From NCBI GenBank assembly GCA_040285825.1, contig JAUPSS010000005.1, forward strand, positions 248,001 to 312,000: 64,000 bases of DNA, written 5' to 3'. This DNA comes from Eukaryota sp. TZLM1-RC (Eukaryota; Protista; Metamonada: BaSk clade). Both the position numbers and the translations under genes were made by a program. Of the stretch, positions 1 through 12,798 are shown piece by piece; the first letter of the stretch is position 1; each line of letters begins with the position of its first letter. Under the pieces are notes generated by a model. It did no database searches, was not told the DNA's origin, and saw only the letters and a list, made by a program, of their open reading frames with translations.

Positions 1-1005
1 AATGGGACGATAATCATTGAACCAAGATTTCCTCTACAAAATCTTGATCTGCTTGCCGTCTAGCTAAAGCTTCTCTTATTCGATTGAAAAACTGTGGTGA
101 TCTATTAATAATGGCAAATTGAATCCGTGAACGCCATAAAAATATCAAATCTTTTCATTGTTTTTTCTTGCACCATTTTTTGGAAATCATCCAAAAAAGT
201 TTCTGCTTCAACTGTTAATCTTCCATTTATCGAAAATGGGAAAGTAATAAAAACCAGCTGTGTATTTCTATCGACATTAGCCTCTTCAATATCTTTATCA
301 TATTTTCTATGTTTCTCTTTTGTTTTAAAATCCAGAACAGCCACAGGATTAAGTTTTCTTCCGTGAACCAAAGTATCGTTTACAACATTACATGAGACAA
401 AGTCAACAATAGCTTCAGAATTATCAATCCAATCACAGTATACATCACCTCTATCATCAGAACCAAAATTATTCAGAGAAAGTGTTTCCTTCAGCAGGGG
501 CTCTTTGATACACGATATTCTTGCAGTTTGAGCCATATTGAAAACAGTGTCTCTAACAGCATCATGTAATGAAGAACGATAAGTTATCAATTTAGAACAA
601 TTCAGAGCATGGCGCAAAGTGAGTTGAGGTGAATTCGAACAAATACATTTTTCTTTTGATAATAATTGATTAATGGGGATATTCAAATATAATCTAATTT
701 TTGTTACAAATGCTTCATTAGTGGCACACAATCCAAATCTTCGTGGTACAATGGTTACAAAAAGTGAAGAATCTGATGACTTACTTTCACAAACACCCTT
801 TTCCATTAACAATGAGTGAAGATCTTGATTTAAAACAGCCGAGCTGTATATATTATCATAAAGATCATTTTCATACCTTCCAGTCAATCGTTTCTGTAAT
901 GTTCGAAGAGTGTACTTCAAATTTAAAACATTCTTTTCTGGAATATTGCCATTGAATGATTGGGGAAAGCATCGACCCCATTTTTCTGTATCAATTTTTG
1001 AAAAT
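1..1005 (-). mobile_element. CRE-like RLE non-LTR retrotransposon, family A, 3' fragment (runs off window start)
   Basis: ORF 105..1031 has a CxC..H..C zinc motif, HDAVRD, and RGD..D..K..KY restriction-like endonuclease motifs. Near-identical to 7164-8180 but frameshifted near the C-terminus. Confidence 0.85.
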
Positions 1006-1139
1006 CTTTGAGTTCTTTCTTTTGACTCCATTGGAATCAGAAACTGATTCAGGCATCAACAAGAAAGAATAGAAGCAATGATCGCAGTTCAGCCAGGTTT
1101 TAAGTTAAACGGTTTTATGTAGAGGAATGAAGAAAGAAA

Positions 1140-3730
1140 ATATTTTCAAAATATTTGTATGACCTTGATGTTGCCATTAATAAAATTGCACCATAAATTT
1201 GGTGTCAATGTTTTCCCGACTCAGTTCAAGAGATTCCTCCACGAAATTAAGTTAATTTAAAATATTGTGTGAAGAAGCTTCAACAAAAACTGACAGTAAT
1301 ATTTGAAGGCTTGGATTATGAAGTACGTCTTGGCATGGCCACGCGAAAAAATCCCGCTTCTGCAAATTTTTTACTGGATGCTTGTGATAGTTCTGCCTCT
1401 TGTTTAATTAATCAAGTACCAAAAGTTTATGGTTTGTTTCTCAATAACCCTTGTTTTTTATTATCTATGCGTCTTCGATCTTTTATTTGGCCTGTCAATC
1501 TTCCTCATAAATTAATTTGTAAATGTGGAAAGACTGTCACTCCAACCAATTTATTTAATTGTAATTTTTTTTCCTTATTTATTTTTATTCAACAACAAAT
1601 ATGAAATACACAATTAAAACTCCACATCCTCAAAACCTGCCTCCCCTACATCAAAACAATTAATCGCTAAAGATTCAGAAAATTTCCCAAAAGAAGATAG
1701 TGAATCAGAAATTAGTGTTACCATTCCCTTAAAAATAGAAAATACAATCCTGTTTTGCCAGTAAACACGATTGAAAATTCTTCCAGTTCTTTCCTTTACA
1801 ACTACAACAAAATCCTCAAGGAAAGCCATAGCAGCCTTACCTAGAGATCCAAGCAAAGAAAAAACAAATGGACATAAATTATATTGGGCATGAGAATTTT
1901 CATTAACCGAGGAAATGGGTTTCGCATATTTAGCAATTTTATATTTTTCGCCTGCAAGAAGAGGATTATTTACATCCGAGTTAATGAAATGTTCGTTAGA
2001 GGAATTACAAGGGTCAATAGACATGGCGTCCAAAATAGTAAAACTACCATTTAAACCAGGAACAACTAGATCACCTCTAGTCAGACCCATAGAAGCTCTG
2101 TTGTAACGCGTACTATCAATATTGGGATCATCAAGAATTAATTTTGATAACAGCGGTTCTAAAAAGGAATCTACTCGATATGATTTGCACATTACATAAA
2201 TTTGGTCCCTGACGTTATTATGCACTTTGTTTCTAAACGTAATGAAATGTTTACAGTTCAAAAGATGAGTAAACAAAAGAGGTTTACCACATTTACAAGT
2301 TAAATGATTGGGCAAATTGTTTGGCCACAGAAAACAACGAAAACGCATGTTTAGAAGCCATTCATTGTCTTTTAACAAAAGTCCATAAACAGAGGGAACT
2401 TGAGTTACTAAAGCAGCAGCTGAACTATCACGAATATCCTTTAAAGAATTACCGAAAGCGGGATTTTTAGTTTTGGCCAAGCCAAGTCTTACTTCATAAT
2501 CCAAGCCTTCTTATAATTTAACCAGATGGTGCTGAAGCTTTTTCAAGCAAAAACGTAAATTTGGAAGTGATCGGGTGGGAATTTCTTGAACATTTTGAGG
2601 AAAACACTGAATCCAGATATCACTAGGCAAATTATCTAATTCGATTTGAAGTTGATTCAAATAAAAATTTGATTCACCATTGATCAGATGAACATCAAAA
2701 GGGAACCTTTGGAAAAATTCAAAAACAAAATTTTTACCACCTCCCAAAAATGCTGCTTTACACAGAATCGAAGATTTGGTGAATCCAATGCCACCCAAAT
2801 CTGCTGAACAAAATACATGACTTCGAATTAAAGATTCATTTACTTCTAATAAAAAAGAAAAAAATTTGACTCGAAGTTTGTTAAAAGATCTGCAAAAATT
2901 GAGAGATACCGAAGGGGGAGTTGACCTTAAAATATGAGTGAATTTTCCAGAATAACAAATTTTTAAAATAAAAAATTTGATGTGTTTCTCAATGTCACAT
3001 TCAGCAATAAAACTAAGATCCTTGTCAAACTTCTCCAATAAATTGTTTAACCGGGAATAAATTTCATCCAAATTGCCAAATTTAATTGTAATCGTTTTAT
3101 TACTTTTATATGAAAAGTGCATGATGCAGTTCGTGATCAGCTTTATTGTATGTCTCAAGTGCTACAAGATTGAATCTTTTTTAGAACCTTTGCTTTCAAA
3201 TTTGGCTGATGAATCTGACAGAAATTCTTTTGGTGACAACCGTGGTGATGTGCTAGTTCCCGGACTTGATGGATCAATGATCATTATTGATGTCAGATCT
3301 ACTGATGTATCAAACAGCTCAAATGAAAAACTGGCACAATCTTATAATTCACCTTTACGAAGAGCTGAAGAAACGAAAATTATTAAGTACACAGAAAAAA
3401 TCAATAATCTGAATTCCAACTCACATGCTCAATACATTCTTTGTCCTTTTGCTTTTTCTTTATTTGGAACCTTGGGTAAAGCTGCGTTATCTTTTTTGGA
3501 CGATTTCTCATCTATTGTCAATAATGGAACTGGAAGAATATTTGACCGAACCTTTTGGCAAAACAGAATTGTATTTTCTATTTTTAAGGGAATGTATAGT
3601 CTTGTTTCTAGCTCTTTGTTATCACTAGGAAAATTTTATGAAGAAAGAGCTGTAGGTAAGTTTTCAATAGTAGATGTGGAGTTTGAGGAGATTGATTTTT
3701 AGTCTTTTATAATTTTGTTTGAATAAAATA
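1140..3730 (+). mobile_element. CRE-like family C 3' fragment, split by a family B insertion (pieces about 1140-1565 and 3080-3730)
   Basis: Peptide ...CKCGKTVTPTNLFNCN resumes as FNCNRFITF..KVHDAVRDQL after 3080. ATTTAATTGTAAT is duplicated at 1553-1565 and 3080-3092. Ends with a stop and AATAAA. Confidence 0.85.
1566..3079 (-). mobile_element. CRE-like family B, 5'-truncated insertion with 13-bp TSD and A-rich tail
   Basis: ORFs 2511..3158 and 1614..2504 carry the post-RT LGGIG motif, zinc motif and RLE. T-run at 1566-1572 is the poly(A). TSD flanks it. Near-identical copy at 55665-56520. Confidence 0.88.
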
Positions 3731-3796
3731 TGTATCAAGAAATATTTATCAGAAATGTCAATTTCCAATAATTCAACCACATCCACATGTTTAAAC

Positions 3797-3985
3797 TTAA
3801 CCATCCGCAGATGATTTGTAGATCAAAATTCGTTGGATTTAGAGACTCTTATTGAGGTCTTTTAAAAGCTAGAGGTCTGTTTTCAAAAAGTACTCGCTTA
3901 CTGCAACCTCCCACTGGTTTCTTGATGCAGAGATATCTCTTGACCAAACCATCCCACATTCTGGACATGTAAGATAGACTTTACT
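3797..3985 (-). pseudogene. Fanzor (TnpB-like) C-terminal remnant with probable right end
   Basis: YLTCPECGMVWSRDISASRN = CxxC plus RuvC-III (W-x-R-D-x-x-A-x-x-N), then RPLAFKRPQ* after a frameshift and a short tail ending GGATGGTTAA. Confidence 0.7.
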
Positions 3986-4110
3986 CCAGATTTCAGGAGG
4001 CAAACAATCAAGAGCATTTTCAAGGTCTCTTAAATAATTACTTCTTGTAGAATTCAATAAATTAACATCATTTGGAAAACGGTTGCAAAATTTGAAAACA
4101 AAATTTTCTT
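3980..4110 (-). mobile_element. CRE-like family F internal fragment
   Basis: CNRFPNDVNLLNSTRSNYLRDLENALDCLPPEIWSK matches 42900-42926 and 44901-45000. Confidence 0.7.
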
Positions 4111-4396
4111 AACTCTTTGCTATTTTTCTTATAATTTAATGTACAGGAACAAAGAAAACACTGAGACCACACTTGCATTTGTAATCCAACATAACATCGC
4201 CATAAGTTACCACTATAAGTATTGATATTGTACCCTCTCCTTGCTGTCTTACAATGTTGCTTTCATTCATTATTAAAAGCATCTTGGTAGAATGTTCTCC
4301 GAATAACATCTGCATATAACACCGTTGTCACAAACTTTTCCATTGGGTAAATAAAGAAAACCACAGTTATGAACAAACTTTATTCAAAATAAATAA

Positions 4397-6527
4397 CTAC
4401 AAATACTTTTTAAACCAGCCATCTTCATGGAAAATAATGTCCATCCAATGAAGCCAGTCAAGAGGATGAGTGACCCAATGGGATCCTCGTTCGAAGAAGA
4501 CCAATCTAGAGGGAACTCCACGCCTCTGTAAACCTTGGAATAACATCATGTTTTGGTGTTTGTCAATTCGGAAATCATTATCACCGTGAATTAAAAGCAT
4601 GGGAGTATTGATGTCATTAATATAATTGATTGGTGAACATTTCTTGTAACTTTCAGGCTCAACAGGGTCCATTGGAGAACCTCCAAATTCATGTTCAGCA
4701 AAGAAAAGCTAGAGTTAGAGCAAGAAAAACTTGACAAACCTCTTCAGTAGTGTAATAAAATGAAGTGAAATCTACCAATCCACAGTGAGAGACGGCAGCC
4801 TTGAACTTACCAGTGTTAACCAAAAAGTTGGTGGAGAAACCTCCATAAGAAGCACCCATGATACCAATGCGGGAACCATCAATCCAATCAAACTTCTTGA
4901 TAGTTTCCGTTAAGAATTCCATATCATCAACCATCAAGGGTTCATTACACCATCTACCAGAAACAGCGTCAGTAAACTCTGTTGAATAACCAGTGCTTCC
5001 ACGGGGATTGACTAAAATGATAGGATAATGGGCAGCAAAAACAGCTACTGGCCAACGATAAGAAAAGGGACTGCCCCAGAAACCTTGGGGACCCCCATGG
5101 AGGGTGAGGATAGCAGGGTGTTCTTGTCCTTTATCTAAATGGGGAGAAGAGAGGATCCATCCTTGAACATCGGTCCCATCAGAGGTGGTGAGCCACATTT
5201 CCTCAATGATTGTTTTGTCAATTTCCGATAAGAATTTAGTATTGACATGGGTAACTTGGGTGGATTCAGCGGTCTTGGTATTAATAACAAAGACTTCATT
5301 TGGTCTATTCCAATCACTGGACAACACGTAAGCATTATCATCAACAACAGTGACGATTCCGAGAACTGAGCCATTTTCAAATGAAATAGGTTCCCCGAAA
5401 GGACGGTCAATTGGCATGCTGAATAATCGTTGGTGACCTCTATCAGTGGCAGTGAAATAAATAACATTGCCATCAACGTAATAACTATCAGGAGACTTAG
5501 TCCAAGCGTCCAAGAAGCGACGAACTTGACCAGTTTCAAGATCCAACATTACCAAGGTGTTCTTATCGGCTTCCATTTGCTCACGACTCATTGTCAAATA
5601 GAACAACTTCTTTCCGTCAGCAGAGAAAGAAGGTTGCTGCTTACGAGCCCTGTTCTGACAAGTAATACATTGATGGGGTTTGGTTTGGTTTACGGGGGCC
5701 ATAAAGATGTTCCAATCAGTGTTCCAGGCATAGTCTTGTGTATCTAATTGATAATTGAGCACGATTTTGGGTTCCGTGGGGTGGAAATTAAAAGCTTCAG
5801 CCCCGCTGAAAGGGCGAGGACCACAATTGGCATTAATGCCATGCATCACATTAAATGGTTTTCCCTTGAGTTTAAACACACCTCTGTGAAACTGAATCTC
5901 TTGGGTGTAAACGTGATCATAAAGGGGTCCATGCTGCAGATCGCTACTTCTCCATTCACTCCAATGGCGAATCATTAGTTTATCGTACTCTCTGGTTTTG
6001 TGCTTGAGGTTGGATCTGCGGTCGATTTCCTTCCGGGTTTCGTCCATGTCCAAATTGGCAAAAGTACTTGCGGAGAAAGCAATCATTTTCTTATTGGGAT
6101 GAAATTTGAGATTGGAAACATCAAGGGGATAATCAGACACCTGGCGATGTTCAGAGGCTTCATGGTCACTGACAACAGTGTACCAGATTTGCGAAGACCC
6201 AGATTTGGTGGATACATAGAAGAGGGCGGCCTGTTGACCATTCATATGTATGATGTTGAGGTCCCCATAAGAAACACCAACCTCTGGGCGAATAATTTCG
6301 TAAACACGGGTGTTGGACAAGTCAATGCCGTAGACGCCAGTAGCGAAAGCTTCAGCTTTGTGGTCCCAATGACTGCTGGTATAAGCCATGAACCTGTTGG
6401 ATCCAGGTACATCATGAACAGCAACAGAACCAAGTCTTCCAAGATCTATTACGTCTTTGGTCTCCCAAGGACGTGCAGTCACGTTGAGAAGAACCAACGA
6501 AAGAAACACTAGAACAAATTGATGCAT
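4397..6527 (-). CDS. Secreted S9 family (Dpp5-like/acylaminoacyl) serine peptidase; exons 6527-4740 and 4708-4397, about 699 aa
   Basis: Signal peptide, beta-propeller region, HGGPQG, GASYGG nucleophile, HGDNDFR and GSHW. Removing a 31-nt intron joins the two ORFs in frame (TTEE|LFFAEHEFGGSP). Confidence 0.9.
4709..4739 (-). other. 31-nt spliceosomal intron
   Basis: GTTTGT...CTAACTCTAG, phase 0; restores the catalytic Asp/His exon. Confidence 0.9.
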
Positions 6528-6969
6528 ATAAATGGTAGTCTAAGAAATTACTGTGAATTTAACTTATCATGCATTCCCCTATGAAATTCACTCCTGTTTT
6601 CAACTTTCTCAATGTCTACTCACAGGCTGTAAGAGACATATAGCGTCATTTGACAAAGACAATCATGATCTTCATCAAAGGGCTACCTCACTTAAATACA
6701 CCTACTGCTTTCACAGAACAAAGCCTTGCGACTTGAGGTATCTAAGTGGATCTACCAAATGCTACTAAGGCATTTATAGATCTGTCTCAAAAGTTTTTAA
6801 AAAAAATTAAAAAACTCAAAATAAAATATAAGTTTTTCAAAAGTTTAGTTTCTGTATGCACAGGTTTCCCATTCATCTCCTCAACAGAGCTTCTGGGACA
6901 ATGTATCTTTCTGACCACAATTGAAATAAAATTGAAATTAATAAATTTGAGGAATTTAAGAAATTAAAC

Positions 6970-7110
6970 ACGAAGAGGAACTATTTTGGACACCTAACAA
7001 AATATGCGAAAGCGGGATTATCATTTTTGGCCAAGCCAAGACGAACATTGAAATCCAAGTCCTCAAAAATTATTGTTAATTTTTGTTGCAATTTTTTAAC
7101 ACAATACCTG
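6970..7110 (-). mobile_element. CRE-like family F fragment
   Basis: RYCVKKLQQKLTIIFEDLDFNVRLGLAKNDNPAF matches 45050-45190. Confidence 0.7.
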
Positions 7111-7119
7111 TAATATATT

Positions 7120-8300
7120 TGTATTTATTGAACATGCACACTTAATTAAATTAACTCATAACTAATGGGACGACTATCATTGAACCAAGATTTCCTCTAC
7201 AAAATCTTGATCTGCTTGCTGTCTGGCTAAAGCTTCTCTGATTCGATTGAAAAACCGAGGTAATCTATTAATAATGGTAAATTGAATCCGTGAACGCCAT
7301 AAAAAAATTTCAAATCTTTTCATTGTTTTTTCTTGCACCATTTTTTGGAAGTCATTCAAAAAAGTTTCTGCTTCAACTGATAATCTTCCATTTATCGAAA
7401 ATGGGAATAAAAAAATGGCAATAAAAACCAGCTGTGTATTTCTATCGACATTAGCCTCTTCAATATCTTTATCATATTTTCTATGTTTCTCTTTTGTTTT
7501 AAAATCCAGAACAGCCACAGGATTAAGTTTTCTTCCGTGAACCAAAGTATCGTTTACAACATTACATGAGACAAAGTCAACAATAGCTTCAGAATTATCA
7601 ATCCAATCACAGTATACATCACCTCTATCATCAGAACCAAAATTATTCAGAGAAAGTGTTTCCTTCAGCAGGGGCTCTTTGATACACGATATTCTTGCAG
7701 TTTGAGCCATATTGAAAACAGTGTCTCTAACAGCATCATGTAATGAAGAACGATAAGTTATCAATTTAGAACAATTCAGAGCATGGCGCAAAGTGAGTTG
7801 AGGTGAATTCGAACAAATACATTTTTCTTTTGATAATAGTTGATTGATGGGGATATTCAAATATAATCTCATTTTTGTTACAAATGCTTCATTAGTGGCA
7901 CACAATCCAAATCTTCGTGGTACAATGGTTACAAAAAGTGAAGAATCTGATGACTTGTTTTCACAAACACCCTTTTCCAATAACAATGAGTGAAGATCTT
8001 GATTTAAAACCACCGAGCTGCATATATTATTATAAAGATCATTTTCATACATTCCAGTCAATCGTTTCTGTAATGTTCGAAGAGTGTACTTCAAATTTAA
8101 AACATTCTTTTCTGGAATATTGCCATTGAATGAGTGGGGAAAGCATCGACCCCATTTTTCTGCGTCAATTTTTGAAATTTCTTCATTTAATGCAAAAACA
8201 GTGGAACTTTGCGTTGTCATCAATAAATCTTCCCAATCTGCAAAATTTTCGGTTTGCATGTTTTCTTCAATTCAAAACCATCATTCAAACTTATTCCAAG
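7120..8300 (-). mobile_element. CRE-like family A 3' fragment
   Basis: ORF 7177..8259 has the zinc motif and RLE and ends ..QDFVEEILVQ*. Direct repeat of 1-1005. Confidence 0.85.
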
Positions 8301-9431
8301 AACAATCTTCATTGTTAAGATCCTTTACAGACGTCCTAGAGTCCTCGAATAATTGGCCACCAATCTTTGTGAGCCCATTTCTCCTCTAGAACAATACGTA
8401 GCTTTGAAGCTAGTTTCTTTGTGGTCTCTGGAACGCTACTGGTCTTCACTCAATTGAATTCCAAGAGTCTATGATTTCTGTGAATCCAAACAAGAATTCG
8501 TGACATTAACGTCAAAGTATTTGTGGAAAACGTAAAATCAATAAACCCACATTCTCAATTATTATTAAAAAAAGCGAGATCGTCTGGCGTTGAAGAAACA
8601 GGTACTGGAGGAGCATTATCCACAGAGTGAATAGATCATTCAATAAACGTGCTGAAACAGGTGTAAAGTTGCCGTCTCAGTCCTGAATTCAAATCATAGA
8701 ATATCCAGCCAGGTATATGAGGAGTATGAGTATCTCTTATTTCCCCAAAATGCGAAAGAAAAGGCATGGGGAGAGGTCTAAATAATTTTTATGATGATTT
8801 TCTGTACCATCAGCTTGTATTGATAAAAGATTGTTATTATCACATAAAACTTGTTTTGCATTTGGTTTCTTTGTTGTTAATTAATTTCCAAGTAAAGTTC
8901 TATTTTTATGAATTGAAAAATCTGCCAGCTGGTAAGTCACCAATGCAGTTTGATGGATATAAGCTATATAAACGGAACTGGAATAATAAAAAAGATACAT
9001 TCAAGACTGTTGCAAGGTTGGCTACCTTACTCTGAATTCAACCACATGTTAAAAAGAACCTATATTTCATTTACACAACTTTCTAATTAACATCATCTAT
9101 TAATAAAACAAAATGGTTACTTTTACACACTTGTTACATTGTTATCTTTTCAAAGTGTTCAAGTATGTACTTTTAGAAATACATACATGAAATAACAAAT
9201 CGAATTAATATGTTGATTTGTTGGTATGTAGAAATTCAATTTGCAGGTTGAAATTCTAATAACAATTATTGAAATGTATTAATGATGTCTGTAAGTTGTG
9301 CTGGGAGTATTTATCAAACAGTGAATTTTGGAAAGAATTTGACACATTTATCCAGGAGACAATCAAATTACGGTGAATGACATAAACTAGCAGGTCGCTT
9401 ATAGCAACACAAAATGAAGTTCAATTATTGA

Positions 9432-9640
9432 ACAATCAAACTTGCCTCATTTTATCTACATCCACCACTAGTCTCAACGTGTTACTACTATTTGACATTT
9501 TTGTGCTAATAGCCGATGTCCTACGAAGATCGTTCATCGTCTTTGATGTTGTCAGATGATGATATAGGTGAATTACCCCTGTCTAGGTCACCCTTCAATG
9601 AAACACACATGAGCATATCCCAGTCCGTTCGTTCTTCTCA
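9432..9640 (+). pseudogene. Inverted duplicate of the upstream region and first ~41 codons of the 34984..35958 gene
   Basis: ATG at 9516 reads MSYEDRSSSLMLSDDDIGELPLSRSPFNETHMSISQSVRSS versus MSNEDPSSPLMLSDDDIGELPPPRSSFNETHRNISQSVRSS. The upstream ~80 nt also align. Confidence 0.88.
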
Positions 9641-10140
9641 AGAAATAAACAAGAAAAAGGCTGAAATGGAGAGGAAAAATTAGTTCTTTGTTTTTTGTTG
9701 TATTTATTATTTTGCAATAAAAATTTGTAATTTTTTTGAACGTAATTCCCAATTTTTACTAATTCTTGGACAACACAATAATTTTCAACAAACAACCGGT
9801 TTGTTATTCAAATGTTTACAAACAGAATGAAAAAGAGTCCAGTTGAATAGAATTTAAAAGTTTCACTGACCATTTGGCTTTCATGTGTGTGTCACAATGG
9901 AGCAGGTTTGGCAATTTTTCTAAAACACTACACCTTAATTTGGTTAGAAACAAAAAAGATAATGCTGATACATTAGTTTATTTGCAGCGAAAACAATGAC
10001 AAAATATGGGACAAATACCAGTAAAATGACGCAATACGGAAATGTATTTTTTTCCATTACGGTGTGTCTTTTTGACTTTGTCGAATAAGATGTGTTTAGT
10101 GGAGAAGAATTTATCACCCCTTTCTTTCGTTTCACTTAAG

Positions 10141-10262
10141 GTGTGTTCGAGTTGCTTTTATTCATGTGATGATCATCCATGCTCTTGGTCCGTGTTTCTG
10201 AACTCTGATGAGAGAGCGTTCATCTCTGATTCTTTCTTCTTTTGAGAACGAGCTAATCTCAG
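10141..10262 (+). other. Predicted 122-nt 5'-UTR intron of eEF2 (snoRNA host)
   Basis: AAG|GTGTGT donor; CTAAT-CTC-AG acceptor with the same spacing as the 4709-4739 intron, ending 4 nt before the ATG. Confidence 0.72.
10162..10233 (+). ncRNA. Box C/D snoRNA, U18/snR18 type
   Basis: Box C GTGATGA 10166-10172; guide TTGGTCCGTGTTT 10185-10197 complementary to conserved LSU rRNA AAACACGGACCAA; D' CTGA 10198-10201; C' TGATGA 10206-10211; D CTGA 10226-10229. Confidence 0.88.
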
Positions 10263-10266
10263 AACA

Positions 10267-12798
10267 ATGCCCAACTTTACCAAGGAACAAATGAGATCCA
10301 TTATGGATCACCCTGAGCGTATCAGAAACATTTCCGTCATTGCTCATGTCGATCACGGAAAATCTACTCTTACTGACTCCCTCATTGCCAAGGCTGGTAT
10401 TATTGCTTCTGCCAAAGCCGGTGATACTCGTTTTACCGATACCCGTCAAGATGAACAGGATCGTGGTATTACTATCAAATCCACTGGTGTTTCTCTCTAC
10501 TATGAAGTGTCTGAATCAGTTGTTTATAACCGTGATCCAACTGCCGAAGACAAAAACATTGGTCATTTGATCAATCTTATTGATTCTCCTGGTCATGTTG
10601 ATTTCTCCTCTGAGGTATCTGCCGCACTTCGTGTAACTGATGGTGCTCTTGTCGTTGTTGACGCTATCTCTGGTGTCTCTGTTCAGACAGAAACCGTCCT
10701 TCGTCAAGCCCTCGCTGAACGTGTCAAACCTGTACTCATGCTTAACAAAATGGATCGTGTCCTTCTTGAATTGAAGCAAGAACCCGAAGAAGCTTACCAA
10801 TCCTTTGCTCGCACTGTCGAAAACACCAATGTTTTGATTGCCACTTATCTTGACGAGGCTCTTGGTGATGTCATGGTTGATCCCTCAAACGGTACTGTTG
10901 CTTTTGGTTCCGGTCTCCATGGATGGGGCTTCACTCTCACTCACTTTGCCAACATGTATGCTTCCAAGTTCGGTATTGAAAGATCAAAACTTGTAAACCG
11001 TCTTTGGGGTGACAACTTCTTTGATTCTCCAGCCAAGAAATGGAAGAATAGACCAGTTGGTGATGATGGAAAACCATTGAAAAGAGCCTTTGTTAGTTTC
11101 GTTCTTGATCCCATTTATAAGCTCTTCGATTCTGTCATGAACAATCAAGCTGACAAAGTCAACAAAATGCTCAAAGTTTTGGGCATTAAGCTTACTCAAG
11201 AAGAACGTGATCAACAAGAAAAGAAGCTTTTAAAAACCATTATGCAAAGATTCTTGCCAGCTGCCGAAGCCCTATTGGAAATGATTGTTGTTCATCTTCC
11301 TTCTCCCAAGTTTGCCCAAAACTACAGAGCTGAAACTCTGTACACTGGTCCTGCTGATGACGAAATTTGCCAATCCATTCGCAGATGTGATCCTGAAGGT
11401 CCTCTCATGATGTACGTATCCAAAATGGTTCCCACCTCCGATAAGGGTCGTTTCTATGCTTTTGGTCGTGTTTTCTCTGGTACAATCAAATCTGGTCAAA
11501 AGGTCCGTATTCTTGGTGCCAACTACGAATTTGGTGGCAAGACTGATCTGTACCATAAAAACATTCAACGTTGTGTCCTCATGATGGGTAAATCTGTCGA
11601 AGCTGTCAATGATGTTCCATGTGGTAACACTGTTGCTCTTGTTGGTATTGATCAGTTCTTGACCAAGAATGGTACCTTAACCGACAGTGATCAAGCACAC
11701 CCCATCCGTGCCATGAAATTCTCTGTTTCTCCCGTTGTCCGTGTAGCTGTTGAACCCAAGAACGCTGCTGAATTACCTAAATTGGTCGAAGGTCTCAAAC
11801 GTTTGTCAAAGTCCGATCCTTGTGTCCAATGTTATACTGAAGAATCTGGTGAACATATCATTGCTGGTGCCGGTGAACTCCATCTTGAAATTTGTCTCAA
11901 GGATCTTCAAGAAGATCATGCTGGTATCCAACTCCGTGTTACCGATCCAGTTGTATCATACAGGGAAACTGTCACTGCTGAATCCGAAGTCGCTCTTTCC
12001 AAATCCCCCAACAAACATAACAGAATCTTTATGGTTGGTAGACCACTCGAAGAAGGACTTCCTGAAGCCATTGAAGATGGAAAGGTTGGTATGAGAGATG
12101 AACCCAAGGTCAGGGCTCGTTATCTCACTGACAATTTCGAATGGGACAATGATGAAGCTCGTCGTATTTGGGCAATTGGTCCAGGTCTTGATGGAACCAA
12201 TATGATCGTTGATACCTCCAAGGGTGTCCAATATCTTAATGAAATCAAGGACTCCGTTGTTGCTGCTTTCGGATGGGCCACTCGTGAAGGTGTTCTCACT
12301 GACGAATATATGAGAGGGTGCCGTTACGACATTAATGATGTTACCCTTCATGCTGATGCTATTCATAGAGGGGGTGGTCAAATCGTTCCCACTGCTCGCC
12401 GTGTCATCTATGCTTGCCAATTGATGTCCGAACCAAGGCTTATGGAACCTGTTTATCTTGTCGATATTCAAGCACCCGATACCGCCATGGGTGGAATTTA
12501 CTCTGTTCTCAATCGTCGCAGAGGACATGTCATTGCTGAGGAACAACGTCCTGGTACTCCTCTCTATGCTATCAAGGCCTACCTTCCCGTCGCTGAATCC
12601 TTTGGTTTTACCGCCGATCTCCGTTCGAATACATCTGGTCAAGCTTTCCCTCAATGTGTCTTTGATCATTATCAACTCGTAGGTGGAAGTCCATTCGAAG
12701 AAAACACCAAACAATGGGAAATTGTTAGAGGTGTCCGTACACGTAAAGGATTGGATCCTCAAATTCCTGGATTGGACAAGTTCTTTGATAGACTTTAA
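10267..12798 (+). CDS. EEF2: Eukaryotic translation elongation factor 2
   Basis: [31 protein letters not shown], and diphthamide motif [12 protein letters not shown]; 843 aa; strong codon bias. Confidence 0.99.
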   Translation: MPNFTKEQMRSIMDHPERIRNISVIAHVDHGKSTLTDSLIAKAGIIASAKAGDTRFTDTRQDEQDRGITIKSTGVSLYYEVSESVVYNRDPTAEDKNIGHLINLIDSPGHVDFSSEVSAALRVTDGALVVVDAISGVSVQTETVLRQALAERVKPVLMLNKMDRVLLELKQEPEEAYQSFARTVENTNVLIATYLDEALGDVMVDPSNGTVAFGSGLHGWGFTLTHFANMYASKFGIERSKLVNRLWGDNFFDSPAKKWKNRPVGDDGKPLKRAFVSFVLDPIYKLFDSVMNNQADKVNKMLKVLGIKLTQEERDQQEKKLLKTIMQRFLPAAEALLEMIVVHLPSPKFAQNYRAETLYTGPADDEICQSIRRCDPEGPLMMYVSKMVPTSDKGRFYAFGRVFSGTIKSGQKVRILGANYEFGGKTDLYHKNIQRCVLMMGKSVEAVNDVPCGNTVALVGIDQFLTKNGTLTDSDQAHPIRAMKFSVSPVVRVAVEPKNAAELPKLVEGLKRLSKSDPCVQCYTEESGEHIIAGAGELHLEICLKDLQEDHAGIQLRVTDPVVSYRETVTAESEVALSKSPNKHNRIFMVGRPLEEGLPEAIEDGKVGMRDEPKVRARYLTDNFEWDNDEARRIWAIGPGLDGTNMIVDTSKGVQYLNEIKDSVVAAFGWATREGVLTDEYMRGCRYDINDVTLHADAIHRGGGQIVPTARRVIYACQLMSEPRLMEPVYLVDIQAPDTAMGGIYSVLNRRRGHVIAEEQRPGTPLYAIKAYLPVAESFGFTADLRSNTSGQAFPQCVFDHYQLVGGSPFEENTKQWEIVRGVRTRKGLDPQIPGLDKFFDRL

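Noticed and set aside
3869-4057. Retrotransposon-Fanzor fusion protein
   Set aside because: A 62-aa chance in-frame junction of two remnants at WSK|V, with no RT or full RuvC.
11956-12762. Long antisense ORFs over eEF2, the peptidase, UBA1 and others
   Set aside because: Shadow ORFs from codon bias, with no motifs.
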